From an uncultured Sutterella sp. (GTDB lineage Bacteria > Pseudomonadota > Gammaproteobacteria > Burkholderiales > Burkholderiaceae_F): a DNA stretch of 64,000 nucleotides. A model generated the notes under the pieces. It did no database searches. It was not told the origin of the DNA and saw only the letters and a list, made by a program, of their open reading frames with translations. Of this stretch, positions 1 to 11,878 are shown in pieces. Position numbers and translations under genes: made by a program. Position 1 is the stretch's first letter, and every line of letters starts with the position of its first letter. The DNA is taken from positions 10,771 through 74,770 of the forward strand of contig UQOW01000007.1 of assembly GCA_900542805.1 (NCBI GenBank), given 5' to 3'.

Positions 1-656
1 TTTCATATTCTCGCACATACACCAAAGGCCGAATCACGATGTTGGTCTTGTCGTCACTACGCAGAATCGGCGGCATCGCTTTGATGCGTCCGCCGTAAAA
101 TAAATTAAGCAGCAGCGTGGAAACCACATCGTCCATTTGATGGCCGAGTGCAATTTTCGTGCAACCCGTTTCGCGGGCAACACGATACAAAATACCGCGA
201 CGCAAGCGAGCGCAGAGCGAGCAGATGTTTTTTTTCGTCGGAATCAGACGCTCGATAATCGCATGTGTATCCTGCGATTCGATGTGATAGGGAACACCGA
301 CAGCCTTAAGAAAATTTTCGATTATCTGCGCATCCGATCCCGGAATGTGTTGGTCGACGTGTACGGCAAGAAGGTCGAACTTTACCGGAGCTCTTTTTTG
401 TAATTTCATGAGCGTTTCCAGGAGGACATAACTATCCTTGCCGCCGCTCATGGCAACGAGAATCTTGTCTCCGTCTTCAATCATGTCGTAATCGGAAATC
501 GCTTGTGCCGTCAAGCGCACAATGCGTTTTTCCAATTTGCGAACCGAGACGGACGCGTGTGTGTGAACGCCGGGAGCAATCTCGATGGATTTTTTTTCAT
601 CTCGGTCGTTTCTCGGCGTCTTGACAGGAACAATCCGTATGGGCATTTCTGTCATA
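1..656 (-). CDS. ttcA: tRNA 2-thiocytidine biosynthesis protein TtcA (PP-loop ATPase); N-terminal about 218 aa, C-terminus runs off the window start
   Basis: Reverse translation from the ATG at 656 gives [14 protein letters not shown]...[28 protein letters not shown]. The SGGKDS PP-loop and the CxxC pair are typical of TtcA. The ORF was not in the track because there is no in-window stop. Confidence 0.8.
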
Positions 657-1038
657 ATGCTTTCTTTCTGAAAATTTCAATGCCGATACCGGCGGCTTGT
701 TTAACGGCTTCGGTCTTTTGGGTTTGAACGCGAACGGCAAGCACTCGGGTATCGCCTAGGAGCACCGTAGCGATGTGTTCGGCCAAGGTCTCTTGCAATT
801 GAATGTGTCCGGAAGCGAGAACCGTTTCAACGGCCTTCGGAACGGCCCGATAGTCGTAGACCGAGGCGATGTCATCGTCTAAGACAGCGTGGTCTTTGAC
901 CCAGACATCAATCGTAAAGAGCATTTCTTGAGATCGAGTTTTTTCCCAGTCCACAACGCCGATGTGCGCTTGGGTTTTGTAATCGGCCAGGTGAATCTTT
1001 CGGCACTGTGTTAACAAAAATTCAGTTAAACCGGTCAT
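652..1038 (-). CDS. folB: dihydroneopterin aldolase
   Basis: 128 aa. Size and sequence (…[21 protein letters not shown]…) fit the FolB family. There is a 4-nt ATGA overlap with ttcA. Confidence 0.75.
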   Translation of the reverse strand: MTGLTEFLLTQCRKIHLADYKTQAHIGVVDWEKTRSQEMLFTIDVWVKDHAVLDDDIASVYDYRAVPKAVETVLASGHIQLQETLAEHIATVLLGDTRVLAVRVQTQKTEAVKQAAGIGIEIFRKKAL

Positions 1039-2120
1039 TTCAGGGCTTCCTTTATGGCACAGAGGCGGGCATTTTGTATGCGCACGGTTGCAGGTATTTC
1101 GGATGGGCTCTTTAAAAGTGAGGCAGCGTCAACGGACAAGTAGGCAGCGCGGTGTGCTTTAAGAGGCCTCGGGCTAAAGTCCGAATTCGTGAAACAAAGA
1201 GTCTGAAGAAAGTACTCCAGTCGCTCCGGTCGCCTGAGGATATCAAAGGCGTTTAAAAGATTAAGGAAATCTTCGGCACTTTGTGCCGTTCGGGCTACAT
1301 CCCGGTACTTGACAAAGAGGGTGACGGCATCGGACACATCGTTCGGAAAACGGTGATGCCGGCAAAAATGGGCCGCATGGTCTTGAGATAAGCCGGAAAA
1401 AGCGATGCTCGTACGCACAGCTAAGGGGGCGTTTCCTGCCGCGGCGTGATCTAAGGCTCTTAAAAGGGATTCGGTTACGGGGCTTTCGGCAAAGACGCAA
1501 CTCCAAAAGCCGCAGTCCTTCAGAATTCGAATCATGCGAGACGGAACTGCTTCCATAAGTCCGCGCGATACCTCGGCCCACACGCGTTCAGCCACTAAGT
1601 GGTCGGCTTCGCCCGAGGTGACCATGGTTTTTAAAAGAGTCGCCGTTTCCGGGGCTACGGTAAAGTCGGCAAAGCGCGCCGCAAACCGAGCCAGACGCAA
1701 AATGCGGACCGGGTCCTCGCAAAAGGCGGGTCCGACATGGCGCAAAACTCGCTCAGTCAAGTCTTTTTTGCCGTTAAAGGGATCGATCAGGACGCCTTCG
1801 GGTGTCATGGCCATGGCGTTGATGGTTAAATCGCGGCGCGCCAGGTCTTCGGTTAAGGTTACGGACGGCAAAGCAAAGAATTCAAATCCGTGGTAACCGT
1901 GGCCGGATTTACGTTCCGTACGTGCCAGGGCATACTCTTCGTGTGTTTTCGGATGCAGAAAGACAGGGAAATCGTGTCCGACCGGAATAAAGCCGAGAGA
2001 CAGCATCTCTTTCGGACTTGAACCGACGACAACCCAATCCTTGTCCGAAGAGCGCACATCGCGCCCGGACATCCGCATGAGTGCATCACGCACGGCTCCG
2101 CCGACCAAGTAAACCTGCAT
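1035..2120 (-). CDS. cca: CCA-adding tRNA nucleotidyltransferase
   Basis: [15 protein letters not shown]… and GHDFPV…[10 protein letters not shown] are head-domain motifs of poly(A) polymerase / CCA enzymes. 361 aa. Confidence 0.85.
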   Translation of the reverse strand: MQVYLVGGAVRDALMRMSGRDVRSSDKDWVVVGSSPKEMLSLGFIPVGHDFPVFLHPKTHEEYALARTERKSGHGYHGFEFFALPSVTLTEDLARRDLTINAMAMTPEGVLIDPFNGKKDLTERVLRHVGPAFCEDPVRILRLARFAARFADFTVAPETATLLKTMVTSGEADHLVAERVWAEVSRGLMEAVPSRMIRILKDCGFWSCVFAESPVTESLLRALDHAAAGNAPLAVRTSIAFSGLSQDHAAHFCRHHRFPNDVSDAVTLFVKYRDVARTAQSAEDFLNLLNAFDILRRPERLEYFLQTLCFTNSDFSPRPLKAHRAAYLSVDAASLLKSPSEIPATVRIQNARLCAIKEALK

Positions 2121-2123
2121 GGG

Positions 2124-5100
2124 CTACGCTTCCTTTCTCTGTAAGGATTGTACTGGGTGCTTGGCAAAGAATGTTTTCAGAGCAACACCGGTAGCCGAGG
2201 GTACTTCGGAGACGGCAAGCGGCGTGCCTTGTGCAACGATTTGACCACCGCCTTCGCCTCCCTCCGGGCCTAGGTCGATGACGTAATCGGCTTCGGCAAT
2301 TAAATCCAAATTGTGTTCGATAACGAGGACGGTGTTCCCGGCATCGGTCAATGCTTGCAGTACATGAATGAGCTTTTGCACATCGGCCATGTGTAGTCCC
2401 ACCGTCGGCTCGTCGAGGATGTAAAGCGTCCGAATCCGCTTATTGGTCCGCCGGGATGTTTTGGCTTTTGCGAGTTCGAAAACCAGTTTAATGCGCTGGG
2501 CTTCTCCCCCGGAAAGCGTCGTCGAAGGTTGCCCGAGTTTTAAGTATCCTAAGCCCACGGATTGCATCATGCGTAGGCCCTCGGCCACTTTGGTGTTCTT
2601 TTCAAATAGGGGTAAGGCTTCGTCGACACTCATTTGTAAGATGTCGCCGATGGATTTGCCGTGCCACAGGACCGTTAGTGTTTCTTCGTCAAAGCGCTTT
2701 CCGCCGCATGTCGGGCAGGTCATGGTCACATCCGGCAGGAAATTCATCTCGACCATGACTTCGCCGCGTCCGCTGCAAGTCGGACACCGTCCGTCCTCAG
2801 TGTTAAAGGAAAAGCGTGAGAGCGTCCAGCCGTGTTCTTTGGCGGTGTTCGTGCCTGCAAAAAGCTCGCGAATTTGTGAGAAGAAGCCCACGTAGGTCGC
2901 CGGGCACGAACTCGGAGTTTTCCCGATGGGGGTCTGGTCCACTTCCAGAACGCGGTCAACGGCATCCCAACAGGCAATCGCCTTACACCCGAAGTATGAG
3001 ACAGGATGCTCTCTCGGTGTTTTGCTGAGGCGCATTTTTAGGAGCGGTAATAGGACATCACGAGCCAAGGTGGATTTTCCGGAGCCGGAAACGCCTGTGA
3101 GTGCCACGAGTTTTCCGAGCGGAATATTAACGGTGACATTTTTCAGATTGTGCTTTACTGCTCCGCTAATTTGCATAAACACATCGCTCTTTCGAATCGG
3201 GTGACGCACTTTTCCCGAATGCGGCATCGGATTTTTCAGGCATTGCCCCGTAATACTTTCCGGGGTGGCCGTGATATCGGCCAGTGTCCCTTCGCAGACA
3301 AGAGCCCCGCCCATACTACCTGCTCCCGGACCGATATCGACGATGTGTTCGGCATGTCGAATCATGTCCTCGTCGTGTTCGACGACAATGACGGTATTCC
3401 CCTTGTTTTTTAAGGCAATCAGTCCGTCGATTAAGCGGGCGTTGTCGCGAGCGTGGAGCCCGATGGTCGGCTCGTCTAACACGTAACAGACCCCCTGAAG
3501 GCTGTTTCCGATTTGGGAGGCCAAGCGGATGCGCTGAGCTTCACCGCCCGATAGTGTCGGGGCTCCGCGATTCAGCGACAGATACCCGAGTCCGACTTCG
3601 TGCAGAAAACGAAGGCGCGTGAGGACTTCTTGAACGGCGCCTTGTCCGATGGCTTTTTCGCGGCCGGCAAGACGCATCCGGGAAAAGAACGTTAAGCAAT
3701 CGTCGACGCTCATCGAGCAGATTTGGCCGATGTTGTGTCCCCGGAAAACAAAGGACAGAGCGGTTTTGTTAAGGCGCAGTCCCTGGCAAGTCGGGCAGGG
3801 CTCTTCGTGACCGTTGAACTGTCCGGTTCCTGCACAGGTCGGGCACCAGCCTATGGGGCTGTTGTAGGAAAAAAGTCGCGGATCAGGTTCGGGAATTTCA
3901 ATCAAACAATCCGGACACATGCGCTTGGTTGTTAAATGCCGGGTTCCGGCACAGGATTCTTCAATCCCGCCGTCGGCGTAGCGCCCCCATCGGACGGACA
4001 CCAATCCTTTCCCGTAAAGAAAAGCACGGGAAAGGGCGCGGCGTAGTAGCGATTCGTTTTCTGGGGTGGCAATCAGGGTTTGGATGGCAAGGTCCACTGA
4101 CGCATTGTCAGAAAAACTGAGCCGGTCAAAATTTTGTATGTCCGCCCATGTCCCGTCGTAGCAGAAACGGGAGCCTCCCGCCTCTCGTATGAGTTTTTTC
4201 ATCGTCGATGGATAAGCCGGTTTTTCCGGACTCGACAGGGAGATGGTCAGAGAAACGCGATGTCCTTTGTAGGTATTAAGGATTTCCCGACAAATCGCTT
4301 CTTCGGTTTCCTTTATGACGGCTTCACCGCATTTCGGGCAATGCGGCGTACCGAGTTTGGTGAAAAGAAGGCGCAGATAGGGATGAATTCCGGTCATCGT
4401 GCCGACGGTCGACTTCAGGCCGCCGCGACTCGTGCGCTGTTCGATGGCTACGGTCGGGGCAATCCCGATAATCTGCTCGACATCGGGTTTGGTGGGCGGC
4501 TGCACGAGGGAGCGTGCATAGGCGTTTAAGCTTTCCAGGTACCGGCGCTGTCCTTCGGAGAAAATAATGCCGAAGGCCAGAGTGGATTTTCCGGAACCGG
4601 AAACGCCCGTGACGACCGTCAGTTTTTTCTTCGGAATAACGACATTTAAATCTTTGAGATTGTGTTCGCGAGCCCCGAAAATGCCCATGTCGCCGGATTT
4701 AGCTTTTCGCCAAACCGATTGCAGGGAGCGCCCCATGGCCGGCGGGGCTACAACACGACTCGTGGTGACGGATAGGTCGGCCATTGAAGCGCTCGGATCT
4801 TGAAATGCTTTTCGGTAGGCAGCAAGGGCCTTAGCCGTGTAGGTTGTTTTACGCGTGAGTCCGTCTGGGGTTCCGGCGGCAACGAGTTGTCCGCCCTTAT
4901 CTCCGCCGTCCGGACCCAAATCGATAACCCAGTCACTGGCGTTGATGACATCCAAATTGTGTTCAATCAGGATGACGGTTGCGCCGCCATCGACAAGACG
5001 GCGTAAGGACGAAAGGAGTTTGGTGATGTCATCGAAATGCAGTCCCGTTGTTGGTTCATCGAGAACGAAAACGTGGCCGGCCACCGATCGGAGTGAATTG

Positions 5101-7715
5101 GCTCCGGCCAAGGTCTCGGCAAGCTTTAGACGCTGCGACTCGCCGCCCGAAAGCGTCGGGAGCGGTTGTCCGAGTCGGATGTAATCCAGACCGACGTCTT
5201 TTAGGGCGTTGAGACGGTTACAGATGTCTCGGTGATTCTTAAAGTACTCCAAGGCCTGTGAGACGGTCATATCCAAGACATCGGCAATCGATACGTCGTG
5301 TTGACCGTCCAGGTTAATGGTTACCTCTAGAACTTCCGGACGGTAGCGTTTCCCGTTGCAGTTCGGACACTTCAGATAAAGGTCGCTTAAAAACTGCATT
5401 TCGACGTGCTCGAATCCCGTGCCCTGACAGGTCGGACATTGTCCGAGTGCGGAGTTAAAACTAAAGTAGCCGGCGCTGTAATTGTTAGCACGCGCTTTCG
5501 GGGTGGCTGCAAAAATCTTTCGAATGGTGTCGAAGGCATCGATATAAAGGACCGGAGTCGACCGCTTCGTGGCCGAAACGGCACTCTGATTGATTAAGTG
5601 AATGTCTCGGAGGTTTTCGCATCCGAAAACTTTCGCATCGGGAACGGAGGAAACGACCTTCCCGAAATGCCGTTGCAAGAGAGGCACGAGGGTATCGATG
5701 ATGAGCGAGGATTTTCCCGATCCGGAAACCCCGGTGACGGTTGTCAGGTGGCCGATAGGAAAACGAACCGTGACGTTGCGTAGGTTGTGCTCGCAGGCAT
5801 CGGCCACTTCAAGCCACCGAGTTTGAGTGGTCGGAGTTTGACGCGTCAGCTCGGCATCGGGACGCCGCCGTCCGCTCAAATATGCTCCCGTGAGCGTGTC
5901 GGAATGACAGAGTCCTTCCGGTGTCCCGTCAAAGACGATTTGACCGCCTTTTTCACCGGACCCCGGTCCCATATCGATGATGCGGTCGGCAGCGAGCATC
6001 ACTTGCGGATCGTGTTCGACGACAACGAGGGTGTTGCCGGCATCGCGAAGACGTCGCAAGATTCCGTTGACACGGTCCATGTCGCGCGGATGTAAGCCGA
6101 CTGACGGCTCGTCGAGAACAAAGAGCGTGTCGACAAGGTTCGTTCCGAGGGCTGTGGTTAGGTTGACGCGTTGCACTTCACCGCCTGAGAGCGTGCGGCT
6201 TTGTCGATCGAGCGTGAGATATCCGACACCGACATCCGTTAGATAATTGAGGCGAGTTAATGCCTGTTCGAGCACAAGACGCCCCGGTTCATCGAGGACT
6301 TCTTCCCGAATAACTTGCAAGAAGGCAATGAGCGACGTAATCGGCAGGAGCATCAAGTCGTGTAGTGTCAGTCCGGGAATCGAATCGATGACCTTGCGGA
6401 TTCCCGGAGCATCGTTCGGGATAAATCGTGAGCGACCGGCAAGAGCGACATCGGCTGCGGCTCGGCTTCCGATACGCCACAAGAGGGCATCGGGTTTTAG
6501 ACGGGCACCTCCGCAGGACGGACACGTGATATAGGTCCGATAGTGCATCAAAAGCATGCGGGCCGTAAAGGTGTACTTAGCTTTATCCGCAATATAAGCA
6601 AAAAAACGCCGGATTCCGTACCACAGATGTCGGTTTCCCGAGCGCCAGTTTGCGTCACCGTTCCAAACCCAGTGTTTTTGCTCTTCGGTCAGATGGCAAT
6701 ACGGAATATCCGTCGGAATGCCGGCTCTTTGAGCGCAGTCCATCAGTTCGTCATAGCAATCTGCGTAAGCGCTGCCTTTCCCCCAAGGTTTGATGCAGCG
6801 TTCGCTTAGGGTTTTGTTCGCATCGGGAATCACGAGAGCTTCGTCGATATCGATGGTGCGCCCGAATCCGTGGCACACGGGGCAAGCCCCGAGCGGCGAG
6901 TTAAAGCTGAAGGTCGAATTCGTTGCATCAGCATAGGCAATGTCGCAGGCAGCGCACTTAAGGCCTTCGGCATACGGCCAAAGCGCTTCTTGACCGTCGT
7001 CGCTAAGGACGTGGACGAGAAACTTTCCGGCAAACGCGCCTTTGCCGCTTTTAAGAGCTGTCTGCACGGCTTCGAGGCCGCGAGAAAGATCGGTTTTGGA
7101 GACACGGAATCGATCGGCCACGACGGAAAGAATCGTCCCGTCGGGTGTTTTGCGCTCGGCGTGGATTCGTGTAAAGCCTCGGGCAGCAAGACCGTTAACG
7201 GCAAGCTCGCAGTCAAAATCTTTCGGGATCAGAACGTCAAATGTGATGACAAGCCGAGGGTCGGAAGCCGCGGTTGCCCGGGAGCAAATGTCCGCCCACA
7301 TGTCCATCGGCGTCATGCGACGCACGGGTTGTCCGCACTGTTTGCAAAATAGGTGAGCTTCCTTTTCAAACAGAAGCTTGAGGTAATCATTCAGTTCTGT
7401 CATCGTCCCGACGGTCGAGCGCGACGTACGGATACTGTTACTTTGATTGATGGCAATCGCAGGCGGAACGCCTTCAATGCTGTCGACATCGGGCTTGTCA
7501 CACTTGTCGAGGAATTGACGCGCGTAGGAACTAAACGTTTCCACATACAGGCGTTGTCCTTCGCTATAAAGCGTGTCGAAGGCAAGAGAACTCTTGCCCG
7601 ATCCGGAAGGTCCGGTAATGACGGTCCACGTATTCGTCTTAATGTCCAGATTAATATTTTTTAAATTGTTTTGTCTGGCACCGCGAATGCGGATTTTTTC
7701 AGAAACTTTTGTCAT
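2124..7715 (-). CDS. tandem-duplicated UvrA-like ABC ATPase (two UvrA units fused, four nucleotide-binding cassettes, 1863 aa)
   Basis: Four Walker A motifs: [61 protein letters not shown]. Four LSGGE signature motifs. Eight Cys-pair signatures: in the first half CKQC, CAAC, CPVC and CPSC; in the second half CPKC, CPDC, CPTC and CPTC. The second unit begins near residue 930. Confidence 0.85.
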   Translation of the reverse strand: MTKVSEKIRIRGARQNNLKNINLDIKTNTWTVITGPSGSGKSSLAFDTLYSEGQRLYVETFSSYARQFLDKCDKPDVDSIEGVPPAIAINQSNSIRTSRSTVGTMTELNDYLKLLFEKEAHLFCKQCGQPVRRMTPMDMWADICSRATAASDPRLVITFDVLIPKDFDCELAVNGLAARGFTRIHAERKTPDGTILSVVADRFRVSKTDLSRGLEAVQTALKSGKGAFAGKFLVHVLSDDGQEALWPYAEGLKCAACDIAYADATNSTFSFNSPLGACPVCHGFGRTIDIDEALVIPDANKTLSERCIKPWGKGSAYADCYDELMDCAQRAGIPTDIPYCHLTEEQKHWVWNGDANWRSGNRHLWYGIRRFFAYIADKAKYTFTARMLLMHYRTYITCPSCGGARLKPDALLWRIGSRAAADVALAGRSRFIPNDAPGIRKVIDSIPGLTLHDLMLLPITSLIAFLQVIREEVLDEPGRLVLEQALTRLNYLTDVGVGYLTLDRQSRTLSGGEVQRVNLTTALGTNLVDTLFVLDEPSVGLHPRDMDRVNGILRRLRDAGNTLVVVEHDPQVMLAADRIIDMGPGSGEKGGQIVFDGTPEGLCHSDTLTGAYLSGRRRPDAELTRQTPTTQTRWLEVADACEHNLRNVTVRFPIGHLTTVTGVSGSGKSSLIIDTLVPLLQRHFGKVVSSVPDAKVFGCENLRDIHLINQSAVSATKRSTPVLYIDAFDTIRKIFAATPKARANNYSAGYFSFNSALGQCPTCQGTGFEHVEMQFLSDLYLKCPNCNGKRYRPEVLEVTINLDGQHDVSIADVLDMTVSQALEYFKNHRDICNRLNALKDVGLDYIRLGQPLPTLSGGESQRLKLAETLAGANSLRSVAGHVFVLDEPTTGLHFDDITKLLSSLRRLVDGGATVILIEHNLDVINASDWVIDLGPDGGDKGGQLVAAGTPDGLTRKTTYTAKALAAYRKAFQDPSASMADLSVTTSRVVAPPAMGRSLQSVWRKAKSGDMGIFGAREHNLKDLNVVIPKKKLTVVTGVSGSGKSTLAFGIIFSEGQRRYLESLNAYARSLVQPPTKPDVEQIIGIAPTVAIEQRTSRGGLKSTVGTMTGIHPYLRLLFTKLGTPHCPKCGEAVIKETEEAICREILNTYKGHRVSLTISLSSPEKPAYPSTMKKLIREAGGSRFCYDGTWADIQNFDRLSFSDNASVDLAIQTLIATPENESLLRRALSRAFLYGKGLVSVRWGRYADGGIEESCAGTRHLTTKRMCPDCLIEIPEPDPRLFSYNSPIGWCPTCAGTGQFNGHEEPCPTCQGLRLNKTALSFVFRGHNIGQICSMSVDDCLTFFSRMRLAGREKAIGQGAVQEVLTRLRFLHEVGLGYLSLNRGAPTLSGGEAQRIRLASQIGNSLQGVCYVLDEPTIGLHARDNARLIDGLIALKNKGNTVIVVEHDEDMIRHAEHIVDIGPGAGSMGGALVCEGTLADITATPESITGQCLKNPMPHSGKVRHPIRKSDVFMQISGAVKHNLKNVTVNIPLGKLVALTGVSGSGKSTLARDVLLPLLKMRLSKTPREHPVSYFGCKAIACWDAVDRVLEVDQTPIGKTPSSCPATYVGFFSQIRELFAGTNTAKEHGWTLSRFSFNTEDGRCPTCSGRGEVMVEMNFLPDVTMTCPTCGGKRFDEETLTVLWHGKSIGDILQMSVDEALPLFEKNTKVAEGLRMMQSVGLGYLKLGQPSTTLSGGEAQRIKLVFELAKAKTSRRTNKRIRTLYILDEPTVGLHMADVQKLIHVLQALTDAGNTVLVIEHNLDLIAEADYVIDLGPEGGEGGGQIVAQGTPLAVSEVPSATGVALKTFFAKHPVQSLQRKEA

Positions 7716-7718
7716 GAA

Positions 7719-8537
7719 TCAGCAACCGGGTTTGGCCCAGCACGGGCAGGGTTCTTGAAATAAACGCCTGTCGCTTAGGCGCAAAGCGGAAAGAGCGCCT
7801 CCCCACAGACACCCCGTGTCAACGGCAATCGTGCGGGGACGAATCACGAGTCCGAGCATGGACCAGTGCCCGAAACAGATGGTCTTTTGAACAAGCCGAG
7901 GAAACTCGAACCAGGGACGGTATCCAGCAGGCATCTTCGCAATGCCTTCGCGAATCGAGTAGTCCGGAGTACCGTCGGACTTTAAAAATCGCATGCGCGT
8001 AAGTCCATTCAAAATACCGCGAAGACGCGCGTCTCCCGTGAGGTCGTCACGGAAAACGTCGGCGCCGTACATATTTTCCAGAGCTTGTTTCCAGGTGTCG
8101 GAGCGTAATTTTTCTTGCACTTCCGAAGATAATGATCGTGTTTTTTCCAGTGACCATTCCGGCGGAATTCCGGCGTGTACGAAAACCGTGTTTTGTGTTT
8201 CGATAAGAAGCGGTCTTGCTCGCAACCAGTCAATGAGTTCGTCACGGTCGGGCGCGGTCAGGATGTCATTTAAGGTATCTTTTTTGGGGCAAGGCTTTCC
8301 TGTGGCAACCAAGGCCAAAAGGTGCAAATCGTGGTTTCCGAGAATCGATTGCGCACGTCCGGAATCGCACAGGCTCTTGACGCAGCGTAGCGTCAAGAGC
8401 GACTGAGGTCCTCGGTTGACCAAATCGCCGAGGAAAACTAAGGACGCGTCTTCGGGAAGTTGTTCCAGAAGACCGGTAAGACTTTCGAAGCAGCCTTGTA
8501 GGTCGCCGATAGCAATACACTGGGTTTGAGAAAGCAT
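7719..8537 (-). CDS. apaH: bis(5'-nucleosyl)-tetraphosphatase, symmetrical (Ap4A hydrolase)
   Basis: IAIGDLQGC…GDLVNRG…GNHD metallophosphatase motifs and typical ApaH length (272 aa). Confidence 0.85.
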   Translation of the reverse strand: MLSQTQCIAIGDLQGCFESLTGLLEQLPEDASLVFLGDLVNRGPQSLLTLRCVKSLCDSGRAQSILGNHDLHLLALVATGKPCPKKDTLNDILTAPDRDELIDWLRARPLLIETQNTVFVHAGIPPEWSLEKTRSLSSEVQEKLRSDTWKQALENMYGADVFRDDLTGDARLRGILNGLTRMRFLKSDGTPDYSIREGIAKMPAGYRPWFEFPRLVQKTICFGHWSMLGLVIRPRTIAVDTGCLWGGALSALRLSDRRLFQEPCPCWAKPGC

Positions 8538-8726
8538 CGCAAAAAACCAAGGAAAGGCAGGCCATAAGCCTGCCGAGGATTAAGCGGACAATGGTAAACT
8601 CAGTCCGATAGGTTCCTGAAAAGCGGTCTCGGAAAAAAGATGTATTCGAAAAAATGCGGTGAATTTTTCCGAAAGCCAAAGAATCATTTTATCTGAGTTG
8701 CATCGATTTGACAGGGGGAAGTTCTT

Positions 8727-9566
8727 GTGAAAATAGTTCGCAAAGTTGTGTTCCCGGTCGCCGGCCTCGGCACCCGTTTTTTGCCGGCTACAAAAGCCAT
8801 GCCCAAGGAAATGCTTCCTGTCGTCGACAAGCCTTTGATTCAGTACGCGGTCGAAGAAGCTGTCAGAGCCGGTGTCACGGAGATGATTTTTATCACGGGT
8901 AAAACAAAGCGGTCGATTGAAGATCACTTTGATCACAATGCGGAACTTGAGTGGGAGCTCGAGCAAAAGGGTAAGGCCGAACTTCTTGAGATTGTCCGGA
9001 GCATTGCGCCCTCGAACGTGCACTTCGTTTATACGCGGCAACCCGACCCGTTAGGCCTCGGTCATGCGGTTTTATGTGCGGAATCTGTGGTCGGGGACGA
9101 ACCCTTCGGTGTGATTCTGGCCGATGATTTAATTGATGCCGAGTCGCCGGTCATCGGCCAATTGATTGAGGCGCGTGAAAACGTCGGAGGAGGCAACATT
9201 TTGGCCGTTCGTAATGTGAAGCGTTCCGATACCAATAAGTACGGTATCGTCGGCGTCGATGACGAGCGGGCAACGACAAGTCGCGTGGGTGTAATGGTTG
9301 AAAAGCCGGATCCGGAAAAAACACCGTCGACGTTAGCGGTCATCGGACGCTATGTGCTCGAGCCTGAGATTTTTAAAGTGCTTAAAAGCGTACAAAAAGG
9401 TGCGGGCGGAGAAATCCAACTGACCGATGCCATTGCCGCGATGCTAGGGGGACATAAAACGTATGCCCATCGCTTTGACGGGTTGCGTTTTGACTGCGGT
9501 GACAAGCAGGGCTTCTTAGACGCGACGGTGCACTTTGCGCGCCGCGCCGGGTATACGATTCGTTAG
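8727..9566 (+). CDS. galU: UTP--glucose-1-phosphate uridylyltransferase
   Basis: [35 protein letters not shown] is the canonical GalU N-terminus. GTG start with a GGGGGAA RBS 7 nt upstream. Confidence 0.9.
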   Translation: MKIVRKVVFPVAGLGTRFLPATKAMPKEMLPVVDKPLIQYAVEEAVRAGVTEMIFITGKTKRSIEDHFDHNAELEWELEQKGKAELLEIVRSIAPSNVHFVYTRQPDPLGLGHAVLCAESVVGDEPFGVILADDLIDAESPVIGQLIEARENVGGGNILAVRNVKRSDTNKYGIVGVDDERATTSRVGVMVEKPDPEKTPSTLAVIGRYVLEPEIFKVLKSVQKGAGGEIQLTDAIAAMLGGHKTYAHRFDGLRFDCGDKQGFLDATVHFARRAGYTIR

Positions 9567-9570
9567 ATTG

Positions 9571-10062
9571 TCAGCTGCGGATTTTTTTCAGCAAGGCTGT
9601 CGTCGAGTGATTAAATTCAAAGGCGACGGTGACGGTCTTGGCGCCCCAGGTTGCCGCAAGGCGAGCTTCGGGCAAATCTTCAATTCGATAGTCGCCGCCC
9701 TTGACGTAGATATCCGGTCGCGCACGGTCGATGACCTTAAGCGGCACTTTCTCATCGAAAATCACCACCAAGTCCACGCTCTGTAACGCAGCTAAGACAG
9801 CAGCTCTATCCGCTTGCGTATTAATCGGCCTGTCAGGGCCTTTGCCGAGCAAGCGCACCGAAGCATCGGAATTGACGGCCACGATAAGACTCTTGCCGAG
9901 GGCGCGGGCTTGTGCCAGATATGTCACGTGTCCGCGGTGCAAAACATCGAAAACACCGTTAGTCATCACAATCGGGTGCGGCAATGCACCGGCGCGCTCT
10001 TTTAAGTCCTCGTAGGAGACGATTTTGTTTTCAAATGACGGGGCAGGGAGATGTTTTGCCAT
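9571..10062 (-). CDS. hldC: D-glycero-beta-D-manno-heptose 1-phosphate adenylyltransferase (stand-alone RfaE domain II)
   Basis: 163 aa cytidylyltransferase-fold protein with VMTNGVFDVLHRGHVTYL. This matches the C-terminal domain of HldE / RfaE2. Confidence 0.75.
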   Translation of the reverse strand: MAKHLPAPSFENKIVSYEDLKERAGALPHPIVMTNGVFDVLHRGHVTYLAQARALGKSLIVAVNSDASVRLLGKGPDRPINTQADRAAVLAALQSVDLVVIFDEKVPLKVIDRARPDIYVKGGDYRIEDLPEARLAATWGAKTVTVAFEFNHSTTALLKKIRS

Positions 10063-10323
10063 GGCGAATCCTTTTTTGCGCCATTGTAACGAGACAGCAT
10101 CGAATCAGCTGTGTGGAATCTTAAGGGAGCAGGTCATGCTCATGGCGACCGAACTCGGAAAGACAATCCAAGCACACATAGATGCAACGGGGGATGAGCG
10201 TTGCACGAGTCATTGCGCAATCTTTCCGAGACGGGACAGGAGCCTTTGTCACAGGAAAAGTATTTTTTTAGTTGTCGGTCTTGATTTTTTCAAATCGACG
10301 CTTTATAGTTCCGATTCCTTTTT

Positions 10324-10399
<76 letters not shown>

Positions 10400-10407
10400 A
10401 ATTTAAG

Positions 10408-10483
10408 GTCCCTATCGTCTAGAGGCCTAGGACACAACCCTTTCACGGTTGGTACAGCGGTTCGAATCCGCTTAGGGACGCCA
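10408..10483 (+). tRNA. tRNA-Glu (anticodon TTC)
   Basis: GTCCCTATCGTCTAGAGGCCTAGGACA…CCTTTCACGG…GGTTCGAATCC…GGGACGCCA. Near-identical to canonical bacterial tRNA-Glu(UUC). Confidence 0.9.
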
Positions 10484-10495
10484 ACGTTGAAGAAA

Positions 10496-10540
10496 CCGGA
10501 GCCTGAAAAAGTCTTCGGTTTTTTTTCGACGTTGACAGGC
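10496..10540 (+). terminator. probable intrinsic terminator after the tRNA pair
   Basis: GAAACCGGAGCCTGAAAAAGTCTTCGGTTTTTTTTCG is an imperfect stem followed by a T8 run. Confidence 0.5.
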
Positions 10541-10682
10541 TCGTGCAGCCGAGCCGAACCTGCTTCCTTTTTCTTGACGGCTGTTCCTTCGACGATGCCT
10601 GACGGAAAAGGCGCAGGGCTTACCTCGGAGCGTTGTGCCTTTAGAGAGAATAGTTTCTCGTTACCTATGCAAAGGAAACGTC

Positions 10683-11273
10683 ATGGACAATTCGTCTTTT
10701 GATCGATTTAATGACAAACCGCCGCGTCGAGACCGTCGTGATCGGGACTTTTCCCGCTCGGACCGTCGGGATGATCGTTTCGGCTCCAAGCCGTACCGTC
10801 CCTACGCGGAAGATCGTTTTTCCGACCGCGGTGACCGTTTCGGGGGCTCGCGCGACCGATTTGATGACCGTCGCGGCGGATACCGAGACGCCAATCAGGA
10901 TGACCGCCGTCACGGGTACAGTGATTCGAAAGGACGTTTTTCCCGTTCGCCGCGTCGCGACTTTTCCGGTCAGTCCGGTCCGCGTGCGCGCGCTTTTGAT
11001 CGGCGTCGCTATATTGACCACGCTGCTTTCGTGAAGACGGCGACCGTGCGGTTGGATCCCGATGTCGCAGAATTTTTCCATTCGACAAAAGCTGTGAACG
11101 AAGCACTTCGCGGCATTCTTGCTTTAACAAAACTTGTAAGTTCCGAAAAGGCACCGGGGCCGCAAGAGGACCGCTTCGAAGAAGGGGAACAAGAGGCGCC
11201 AACCGAAAGCGCGATGCCTGAGGAAAAAAGCGACGAGACGGTCACTGAGATGCAGGCTCTCGATACGCCGTAA
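10683..11273 (+). CDS. hypothetical protein with Arg/Asp-rich 'DRF' repeats at the N-terminus and a ribbon-helix-helix-like (BrnA/DUF4415-like) C-terminus
   Basis: MDNSSFDRFNDKPPRRDRRDRDFSRSDRRDDRFGSKPY…DRFSDRGDRFGGSRDRFDDRRGGYRD…ATVRLDPDVAEFFHSTKAVNEALRGIL, then an acidic tail. The ATG at 10683 is chosen over the upstream ATG at 10635. Antisense ORFs here are repeat artefacts. Confidence 0.55.
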   Translation: MDNSSFDRFNDKPPRRDRRDRDFSRSDRRDDRFGSKPYRPYAEDRFSDRGDRFGGSRDRFDDRRGGYRDANQDDRRHGYSDSKGRFSRSPRRDFSGQSGPRARAFDRRRYIDHAAFVKTATVRLDPDVAEFFHSTKAVNEALRGILALTKLVSSEKAPGPQEDRFEEGEQEAPTESAMPEEKSDETVTEMQALDTP

Positions 11274-11385
11274 CGTCGGTCACAAGCCTTGGTGGGCACG
11301 ACTCAATCCCGATCAAGGCCTCGTGTCGAAGCGTTAAGTAAAGACGCAATCATTCGTTTTGTGTTGTTTTCGTTTAAGTTTTTAA

Positions 11386-11414
11386 TTGACAACACGTCGG
11401 GTGCGTGTCATAAT
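11386..11414 (+). promoter_or_regulatory. sigma-70 promoter of the rplU-rpmA operon
   Basis: TTGACA, a 17-nt spacer, then CATAAT. There is an AT-rich UP-like tract immediately upstream and the site lies about 115 nt before rplU. Confidence 0.65.
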
Positions 11415-11531
11415 GCGCACCTTTCCACGCAAGTGAGAAACGCGCGGGCGTTATAAAACGACTGCATTTCTTAGAACAAAAAGGCTTCGTCAACCGGTTT
11501 TTCCGGGCGCGGGGCGATGCGAGGTATATAC

Positions 11532-11846
11532 ATGTACGCAATTATCAAGTCCGGCGGAAAGCAGTATCGCGTCTCTGTCGGAGAAAATTTGAAGGTCGAG
11601 ACGATTGACGCCGACGTCGGTGCGCAGGTTGTCTTGGGCGAGGTTCTCGCCGTGAGCGATGATTCCGGTCTTAAGGTCGGAACGCCGTTGGTGGCAGGGG
11701 CGCAAGTTGTCGCAACGGTCCTTTCTCACGGCCGGGCCGATAAGGTTCGGATTTTCAAGTTCCGTCGTCGTAAGCACTCGATGAAGAGCGCCGGTCATCG
11801 TCAGAACTACACCGAGTTGAAGATTGACGAGATCAAGACGGCTTAA
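11532..11846 (+). CDS. rplU: 50S ribosomal protein L21
   Basis: [23 protein letters not shown]…FKFRRRKH. Start taken at the conserved MYA rather than the upstream ATG. Confidence 0.9.
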   Translation: MYAIIKSGGKQYRVSVGENLKVETIDADVGAQVVLGEVLAVSDDSGLKVGTPLVAGAQVVATVLSHGRADKVRIFKFRRRKHSMKSAGHRQNYTELKIDEIKTA

Positions 11847-11878
11847 TTCTTAAACGTCAGCTAAGAGGATAAGACAAA

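Noticed and set aside
137-403. 88-aa plus-strand ORF
   Set aside because: It lies antisense to a clearly conserved TtcA (SGGKDS PP-loop) reading frame that runs off the window start. It is a GC-driven open frame with no recognisable motifs.
1261-1896. ORFs 1261..1581(-) and 1534..1896(+) inside cca
   Set aside because: Alternative frames of the CCA-enzyme gene. They are Arg/Ser/Pro-rich translations typical of out-of-frame high-GC DNA.
2443-7664. About 30 plus-strand and off-frame ORFs of 60–160 aa within the 5.6-kb UvrA-like gene
   Set aside because: All overlap the single continuous minus-strand frame that carries four Walker A / signature sets. They are antisense artefacts of the high GC content.
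10635-11299. Alternative ORFs on both strands over the Arg/Asp-repeat gene (10665..11081-, 10699..11034+, 10708..11202-, 11009..11299-) and the upstream ATG at 10635
   Set aside because: The CGnGAC repeat DNA keeps every frame open. The plus frame starting at MDNSSFDRF was preferred because it continues into a conserved-looking C-terminal module and is co-directional with the tRNAs and rplU. Confidence in the frame choice is still moderate.
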